From contig NBVN01000004.1 in NCBI GenBank assembly GCA_003056265.1, positions 1-32,000 on the forward strand: 32,000 nucleotides of DNA. The letters run 5' to 3'. The notes beneath the pieces are model-generated. The model saw only the letters and a program-made list of their open reading frames with translations, did no database searches and was not told the origin of the DNA. This document shows, piece by piece, positions 27,276 to 32,000 of this stretch (positions are counted from its first letter, which is position 1; each line of letters starts with the position of its first letter). A program made the position numbers and the translations under genes. The stretch comes from Zestosphaera tikiterensis. Its GTDB lineage: Archaea; Thermoproteota; Thermoprotei_A; Sulfolobales; NBVN01.

Positions 27276-27342
27276 TAAATCTTAAGTTTTTCCCTATCAA
27301 ACAAGTTGTTTGTTAACATGTGATATGTTCATATGTTTAGTG

Positions 27343-27375
27343 TGGAGGGTGGGATTTGAACCCGCGGTCAAGTGA
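27343..27375 (-). pseudogene. tRNA-like 3' fragment (T arm plus 3' acceptor strand); no matching 5' half found
   Basis: The minus strand reads ..GACC GCGGG TTCAAAT CCCAC CCTCCAC A. This is a canonical T loop, but the T stem has a C:A mismatch. The complementary acceptor strand GTGGAGG is absent from the 150 nt upstream. Confidence 0.4.
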
Positions 27376-27532
27376 CGGTATCTTCAGTATGCCCTTCTCT
27401 AAAACATGTCGTAGCCTATGCTGTTTTCGTAGTTGTTGAGCTTCGGCGCGACGTTGTGACGTTACAAATCGGTTGAGTTAGCAATAAACATTTTTATATG
27501 TTCAAATTAAATATAACTTTGAGAGAGGCAAA

Positions 27533-28339
27533 ATGGTGAAAAACAATTATTCTCTACTTAGATGGGCGAATATTATTGCTTATGTTTCGACCGTAATAAT
27601 AAACGGATTAGCGGGTAGCACGACGTTTATAGGTGGCGTGAACACTGCTGCCATATCTGATTTAAATCCCACATTAATTACTCCTGCAGGTTTTACTTTC
27701 GCCATTTGGGGCGTAATCTACTTTCTGTTAGGTGTCTTTGTTTTCTATCAAGCACTTCCGAGCCAGAGAGAAAAGGAGTATCATAAACAAATAGGTTGGC
27801 TATTCGTCCTCATAAGCATCGCAAATATTGTCTGGATATTCCTTTGGCAATATGGCCTAGTGACCTTATCGGTTCCCGTAATAGTGGTGCTTCTAATCGG
27901 TCTAATCCTGATTTATACACGTCTGGGCATAGGAAAGACGAAAGTCCCATTGAAAGAGAGAATTGCAATCCATTTACCCTTCAGCGTCTATCTTGGCTGG
28001 ATAACTATAGCAACCATAGTCAACGTCGCAGTTGCCGGAGTTTCGACAAACTGGGACGGGTTCGGAATAAACCCTGAAACATGGGCAATTATAATCATAA
28101 TAATTGCCCTTCTCCTAACTCTAATCGTAATAGCTACGAGAAAAGATATCGCATACGGCCTAGTCATAGTCTGGGCACTATTCGGCATCATATCGAAGCA
28201 AACAAATCCAAATATCGTGATAACCGCCCAAGCAAGCGCCATTATCATATTAATCGCATTGGTAGCCGTAGCGATACTGGCCAAACTGAAAAAAACTATA
28301 GCTAAAGACACGCGGGCTAACTGGTTATTCTCGACATGA
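27533..28339 (+). CDS. TspO/MBR-related (tryptophan-rich sensory protein-like) polytopic membrane protein
   Basis: 268 aa with multiple TM helices. The N-terminal pattern (NIIAYVSTVIINGLAG...ISDLNPTLITPAGFTFAIWGVIYFLLG) resembles the long TspO-like family. Codon usage differs from neighbours, with many C-ending Leu, Ile, Val and Ala codons. Confidence 0.55.
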   Translation: MVKNNYSLLRWANIIAYVSTVIINGLAGSTTFIGGVNTAAISDLNPTLITPAGFTFAIWGVIYFLLGVFVFYQALPSQREKEYHKQIGWLFVLISIANIVWIFLWQYGLVTLSVPVIVVLLIGLILIYTRLGIGKTKVPLKERIAIHLPFSVYLGWITIATIVNVAVAGVSTNWDGFGINPETWAIIIIIIALLLTLIVIATRKDIAYGLVIVWALFGIISKQTNPNIVITAQASAIIILIALVAVAILAKLKKTIAKDTRANWLFST

Positions 28340-28652
28340 ATTAGAGAAACAGAAGGAAAACAACGGGTAGACGCTTATCCTTTCTGAAAAATGGTAGGCG
28401 GTAAATGGAAAACCAGTCCTGCTAAAGCATCCGAAAACTACAACTCATACCAAAAGAGACAGAATTGGACCAACCGATCCTGACGTAGCTGACGTATGGC
28501 AGTCTTTCTATAAACACTAAAAAGAAACATGCAGTCTAATTTAAGCAGGATTTGAATGCGTTACCGATTTCGAAGGCGCCAAAACCTTCAGAAAAAATGT
28601 AAACGGAAAATCAAGACGCATCGCCAAAGAGGGCTCCTCAATTTTATAAAAG

Positions 28653-28753
28653 TGCGGGGGGTGGGATTTGAACCCACGCAGGCCTACGCCATCGGGGCTC
28701 CCACAACTAAGGACCTGAGCCCGACCCCTTTGACCTGGCTCGGGCACCCCCGC
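28653..28753 (-). tRNA. tRNA-Leu (anticodon CAG) with a 16-nt intron at the canonical 37/38 position (28698-28713)
   Basis: Hand-folded as GCGGGGG TG CCC GAGCCAGGTCAAA GGG G TCGGG CTCAGG[TCCTTAGTTGTGGGAG]C CCCGA, long variable arm TGGCGTAGGCCTGC, GTGGG TTCAAAT CCCAC CCCCCGC A. All stems are Watson-Crick. Confidence 0.85.
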
Positions 28754-28776
28754 CTAAAATGCATATTTGTTGTGGG

Positions 28777-28786
28777 TAAATAAATC
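28777..28786 (-). promoter_or_regulatory. TATA-box-like element upstream of tRNA-Leu
   Basis: The minus strand reads GATTTATTTA about 25-33 nt upstream of the tRNA 5' end at 28753. Confidence 0.4.
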
Positions 28787-28799
28787 GAGGTTAGCTTGC

Positions 28800-29081
28800 T
28801 TAGCCGCCTTCCTCTTCGCTCATAAGGTCTAGGAATATCTCGTAGTAGTCTTCTTTCTCCTGCTCAAGTTCTTCATTTCTCCTTATAGCTTGCCCTTCCG
28901 AACTAACTACGGACGTGGTTTTTATCCTTCTATTGGTGTCCGTCTTGCTTTCTAGTTTATAACCCTTAACTTCCTTCTGGTTTGTTTTTTCTTTATACCC
29001 ACACCTAGGGCATACCAACACTACTTCATCCCCTTCCTTACTCGGTACCAACATACTACCGTCTTTAGGACAGAACTTCAT
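28800..29081 (-). CDS. small protein with an RpoM/TFS N-terminal-type zinc ribbon and an acidic tail
   Basis: MKFCPKDGSMLVPSKEGDEVVLVCPRCGYKE resembles the N-terminal ribbon of RNAP subunit M/TFS. There is no second (catalytic) ribbon and the C-terminus is acidic. Confidence 0.4.
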   Translation of the reverse strand: MKFCPKDGSMLVPSKEGDEVVLVCPRCGYKEKTNQKEVKGYKLESKTDTNRRIKTTSVVSSEGQAIRRNEELEQEKEDYYEIFLDLMSEEEGG

Positions 29082-29401
29082 TTTTCCTCAACCCATAGGG
29101 TATACCCCGCTATAAAGATTAAAAAACTTATCGCCTCATGAAATGACTTTGTTTTTACGAGTGTTAACGTACGTTAACTCATTTTAATGCTTAATCTATG
29201 ACTACGATATTATCAGTTCAACACTGATGATAATGACGTGACATGTTTTAAATGAATGTATTAAGTGGTAGGTTGACCGGAGCTTCAGGTAAACTTCATA
29301 AGTAAGAAGTTAAAATCTACATTTAAAGATGTGATGTTAACTCCTTAAATCATTATTATAGAGTTTGATGAGGTGGTTGAGGTCAGCGTCTGGTGTTTTA
29401 A

Positions 29402-29695
29402 TCATTCCTGTTCTAGGTCATATGTAATACCACTCATCACTTCCTCTGAGGTAAATACTTCTCTTAGGTCTTTATATTTCTCAAGTAACACATAAACCCT
29501 AGATATTCGAGGGTAATCAAGACATTCGGTTTCTACGTAACGGTTGTTATTAAGTGTAGCGATAATCTTTGCTGTTCTAACTTTACCGCTTTTGAAGCAG
29601 TCAATTAATTTGAACTCAGTTACGAATCCGTTAACGGCGTATCCCTCCAACGTTAAAACATCGATTTTCTCGGTTGTGGTCAATACCCACACCAA
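29402..29695 (-). CDS. hypothetical protein
   Basis: 97-aa ORF, divergent from the DHPS-like gene, with no recognisable motif. Confidence 0.4.
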   Translation of the reverse strand: MVWVLTTTEKIDVLTLEGYAVNGFVTEFKLIDCFKSGKVRTAKIIATLNNNRYVETECLDYPRISRVYVLLEKYKDLREVFTSEEVMSGITYDLEQE

Positions 29696-29743
29696 TATTA
29701 TTTTCGGTCGGTGGTAATATAGGGTTAGAGGTGGGTAAATACC

Positions 29744-31294
29744 TTGAAGGTATTGCTGGTTACGTCTGTAAGTGCTAGGAAGCTACTTGAGGAAGTGCTT
29801 AAGGAGGTGAAGACCGGGGACTTCATATTGGATGCCGTTGTTTTGGATGTTCCGGTAGCTTCCTTAGCTACAGTAAACGACGTAGTGAAAACCTTACATA
29901 AATATAAAAGTAAACTTAGCGGTTATGACTTAATAATATTGCCTGGACTCGTTAGAGGTAATGCTAAGCGTGTTGAAGAAGAGTTTAACGTAAAAGCAAT
30001 TAAAGGCACTAAATACGTTGGTGATCTGCCGGAGCTTTTAAAGCTTGTTCGTTTAGGCTTTGAATTCAGTTATGAAACGCCGGCTGATGAGTTAATTCAA
30101 GAATACTTAAGTAAGACATATTATGATAAGGTTGTTAACGCCATAGAAACTAAAGCACCGTTATTTACGGTTAAAAACGTTAAATTCACGAAAACACCTC
30201 CACCGCTGAATCTATTCTTCGAGTATTTAATGAATGAACATAACTCGCTTAACGAATTCAACAACTTACTTAGTGAGTTAAAGGTAAGTAAGTATGAAGG
30301 GGTAGTAGTAGGTTGTAACGTTGAATGTCAAAACTACGGTGAAGTTATGAAATACGTTAACTTAGCTCTAAATGAAAGGTTAGTTGTCGGTATCGACGTA
30401 CCGATAGACTTAACGAAAGTTGATATCGTTAAAGATTTACTGCGGTTGCCGGACATGATTTTCAACGTTACTAGTAAGGATTTAGATGTGCTTACTAAAT
30501 ACTTAAGCAGTGAGCAAGTAGTTGTTGTAGTGCCTTCTAAAGAGGGTCTTAAAGACGTGGAGGAAGAGATAAATGAAATTATTTATAAACTTAATGAGGT
30601 GGGGATAAACAAAGTTTTAATAGATCCTGTGGTTAAACCGCCGATGTTAGGTTTTTACGAAAGTCTTATCAGGTACTCAACATTAAACGCTAAAACACCT
30701 TATCCTCTACTCATAGGTTTCTCAAACGTATATGAGTTACTTGATGTAGACTCGCATGGTGTTTTAGTTCTACTATCAAGCATAGCATTCGAGCTAGGTA
30801 TTTCATCAGTTTTAATAACTGAATCAAGCGTTAAAGCAGGTGGAGCTTTAAAAGAAGCTTCAATATCTAGGGAAATGATCTACAGAGCATATGTTAAGAA
30901 ATCACCACCGATTAACGTAGGAGTAGATCTACTCATAGTAAAGGATAAGAGAAAACTCACGGTAAAGCCTCCGAAGGTCGAGGAGGGTAGAATCACTTAC
31001 GTTACTGACGTCATACCCCCTAAAATGGAGGCTTCATATTATCTGAAAATATACGTCAATCATGAAGAAGGGAACATAATAGTGGATGTAGTATCTAGAG
31101 AATCCGATGAAGTTTTAAAAAGATACGTTGGTAAAAACCCCTTAAGTATAGGTAGGAAGCTGCTACGTGACTATATGTTAAGCGCTGAACACGTTCTCTA
31201 CTTGGGTTATGAACTCAGCAAAGCTGAAACCTCCTTAAAGTTAAGGAAGAACTACGTCCAAGATGAAGACCTATTTAAATTTAGCTACGCTTAA
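29744..31294 (+). CDS. dihydropteroate synthase-like protein with C-terminal DUF4346-like domain
   Basis: 516 aa. Central pterin-binding-like barrel (VLIDPVVKPP, GFSNVYELLDVDSHGV) and a C-terminal YYLKIYVNHEEGNIIV...GYELSKAE segment, as in archaeal DHPS-related proteins. TTG start. Confidence 0.55.
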   Translation: MKVLLVTSVSARKLLEEVLKEVKTGDFILDAVVLDVPVASLATVNDVVKTLHKYKSKLSGYDLIILPGLVRGNAKRVEEEFNVKAIKGTKYVGDLPELLKLVRLGFEFSYETPADELIQEYLSKTYYDKVVNAIETKAPLFTVKNVKFTKTPPPLNLFFEYLMNEHNSLNEFNNLLSELKVSKYEGVVVGCNVECQNYGEVMKYVNLALNERLVVGIDVPIDLTKVDIVKDLLRLPDMIFNVTSKDLDVLTKYLSSEQVVVVVPSKEGLKDVEEEINEIIYKLNEVGINKVLIDPVVKPPMLGFYESLIRYSTLNAKTPYPLLIGFSNVYELLDVDSHGVLVLLSSIAFELGISSVLITESSVKAGGALKEASISREMIYRAYVKKSPPINVGVDLLIVKDKRKLTVKPPKVEEGRITYVTDVIPPKMEASYYLKIYVNHEEGNIIVDVVSRESDEVLKRYVGKNPLSIGRKLLRDYMLSAEHVLYLGYELSKAETSLKLRKNYVQDEDLFKFSYA

Positions 31295-31335
31295 TTTTTA
31301 AGCCGTAGCTTGAGGTTCGTTATTTCTCAGTGTTT

Positions 31336-31355
31336 TTAAATACTTTTAATTGCTT
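31336..31355. repeat. 20-nt exact repeat ttaaatacttttaattgctt, copy B (copy A at 3522-3541)
   Basis: Identical 20-mer. It overlaps the stop of the small ORF 31346-31486. Confidence 0.8.
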
Positions 31356-31486
31356 TCTTCTATGGCTATAACGTTAATCTTTTTTCCGTGGAGCTTCTTG
31401 AGCTTCTCCTGGTATTCCTTTGGTGGGTATATTAGGTATCTTGTGCTGCTTTTAACTACTCTAGCTTTAAAGACGTATATCAGCAT
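31346..31486 (-). CDS. small ORF (46 aa), possible beta-rich DNA-binding protein
   Basis: Too short for the ORF track. My translation gives MLIYVFKARVVKSSTRYLIYPPKEYQEKLKKLHGKKINVIAIEESN. It has a degenerate paralogue at 3532-3621. Confidence 0.35.
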   Translation of the reverse strand: MLIYVFKARVVKSSTRYLIYPPKEYQEKLKKLHGKKINVIAIEESN

Positions 31487-31639
31487 ATATTCACTCACCA
31501 AGATGTGGTCTGTGCATAAAAGCTCATAAATCTATACACCAATAGAGTCTTTAGGTGTTTACAACTGAAAGCCCGCTTCTTTAAGGCGGGGATGAAGGTT
31601 TATAAGTTGTTTCTTCTAATTTGTTTTTACAGTGATGAT

Positions 31640-31965
31640 GTTTAATGTGTGTGGGAGGTAAGCCTTAAACAAATCAATCAAGGCATACGCACAACCCATA
31701 CAATGCCTCCCACGTGAAGTTTTGAGGCTTTCGAGGCCGATGATTGATGGAGGTGTCCCGTAACTCCCTTAAGGAGGGGTATCGCCCAAGACCCAGCAGT
31801 GAAACCCCGCTTTAAAAGCGGGAAGAGGGTCATACGCCATTTATTATCCTGAGCGGATTCAACGACTAGATGGGTATTTAAACCACTCATATAAGCAAGC
31901 GTCTGAATCAACAGGAGGGAAATTAGAAAAACCGCCTCTTCAAAACCTTTAAGGTTCACATAGAA
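31640..31965. ncRNA. candidate structured non-coding RNA locus of unknown class
   Basis: GC content is above the flanks. Long-range 8-bp pairing GTGGGAGG (31651-31658) with CCTCCCAC (31706-31713). Nested GCCTT/AAGGC and AGGCAT/ATGCCT stems. Hairpin CCCGC-tttaaaa-GCGGG is enclosed by GACCC/GGGTC. A TATA-like TTTTATATAA on the minus strand lies about 25 nt upstream of 31960. The 93-aa ORF 31678-31959 has an atypical composition. Confidence 0.3.
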
Positions 31966-32000
31966 GGCCTCCGTTTAATCATTATATAAAATAAGAATGA

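Noticed and set aside
27377-27393. The hairpin GGTAT-CTTCAGT-ATGCC has a U33-like T and a UCA triplet on the + strand, suggesting a Sec or suppressor-like or permuted tRNA.
   Set aside because: The adjacent T loop is canonical (TTCAAAT) only on the minus strand. On the + strand the arm order and loop sequence are wrong for a tRNA, and no acceptor or D arms are present. Most likely this is chance structure in decayed tRNA-derived sequence.
3208-28311. Short track ORFs nested in or antisense to longer genes: 3208-3525, 3953-4162, 5511-5894, 6582-6851, 7268-7669, 9151-9333, 9469-9666, 9752-9988, 10385-10615, 14161-14358, 15843-16064, 17275-17484, 17650-17877, 18402-18638, 19857-20054, 20478-20744, 22049-22330, 22814-23125, 23606-23896, 24829-25089, 25333-25533, 27796-28077, 27988-28311, 28081-28305.
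   Set aside because: Each overlaps a longer ORF that has recognisable family motifs or host-like composition. Their products are low-complexity (Ser, Leu, Thr, Pro-rich) with no motifs, as expected for shadow ORFs.
28541-28783. ORFs 28541-28747 (-) and 28556-28783 (+).
   Set aside because: Both lie across the tRNA-Leu gene and the A-rich spacer. Their GC-rich Pro/Gly/Arg runs are just the tRNA stems translated.
31632-31638. A perfect box C (GTGATGA) on the + strand.
   Set aside because: No CTGA box within 70 nt downstream, so an isolated heptamer is not enough.
31678-31959. The 93-aa minus-strand ORF as a protein-coding gene.
   Set aside because: Its amino-acid composition is atypical for this genome and it coincides with dense secondary structure. 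It is kept only as an alternative in the ncRNA finding, because a TATA box is correctly placed for a leaderless GTG start.
31640-31965. This locus might be RNase P RNA or SRP RNA.
   Set aside because: GGCTTAC and CGAAAGCC on the minus strand loosely recall CR-V and CR-I. However, the canonical GGAAAGUCC is absent and the element order would give a non-canonical topology. No SRP helix-8 motif (GGAA tetraloop, AGCA) is visible. The class is left unknown.
1-32000. Looked for CRISPR arrays, rRNA genes, integrase or cas genes, and long tandem repeats.
   Set aside because: None found. There are no regularly spaced direct repeats. The only dispersed repeats are the 20-mer pair and the 17-nt T-arm match reported above.

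Overview
Gene-dense archaeal chromosome segment. It looks crenarchaeote or hyperthermophile-like: class V FBP aldolase/phosphatase, CDP-archaeol synthase, FAU-1, TIP49, an intron-containing tRNA, frequent GTG/TTG starts, TATA boxes about 25 nt upstream of starts, and tightly coupled or overlapping genes. Most of the window is housekeeping: fbp (partial), an NFACT/Rqc2 homologue, dcd, a phosphohexomutase, RNase HII, Ogt, CarS, KsgA/RsmA, a Clp1-like kinase, Tmk, FAU-1, a DRG-type GTPase, a DHPS-like protein and tRNA-Leu(CAG). A three-gene cluster (UbiD-family decarboxylase plus AcnX large and small subunits) matches the archaeal-type mevalonate pathway. Four things stand out. (1) The RuvB-like TIP49 ATPase gene is cut after about codon 32 by a co-oriented insertion of about 1.35 kb. 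The insertion carries an intact TnpB-like RuvC nuclease ORF with no zinc finger. That ORF is preceded, not followed, by a roughly 200-nt GC-rich, hairpin-dense leader. (2) dCTP deaminase carries a 495-aa intein with LAGLIDADG motifs and an embedded XRE-type HTH. (3) A compositionally atypical island of about 1.4 kb (TspO-like membrane protein plus A-rich non-coding DNA) lies between tRNA-Leu and a degenerate tRNA 3' fragment. (4) A GC-enriched, hairpin-rich, probably non-coding locus sits at the right edge, next to one copy of a small repeated ORF/tail module whose second copy is near 3.5 kb. I saw no rRNA genes and no CRISPR array. All calls rest on reading the sequence and the translated ORFs by eye. 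No database search was run.
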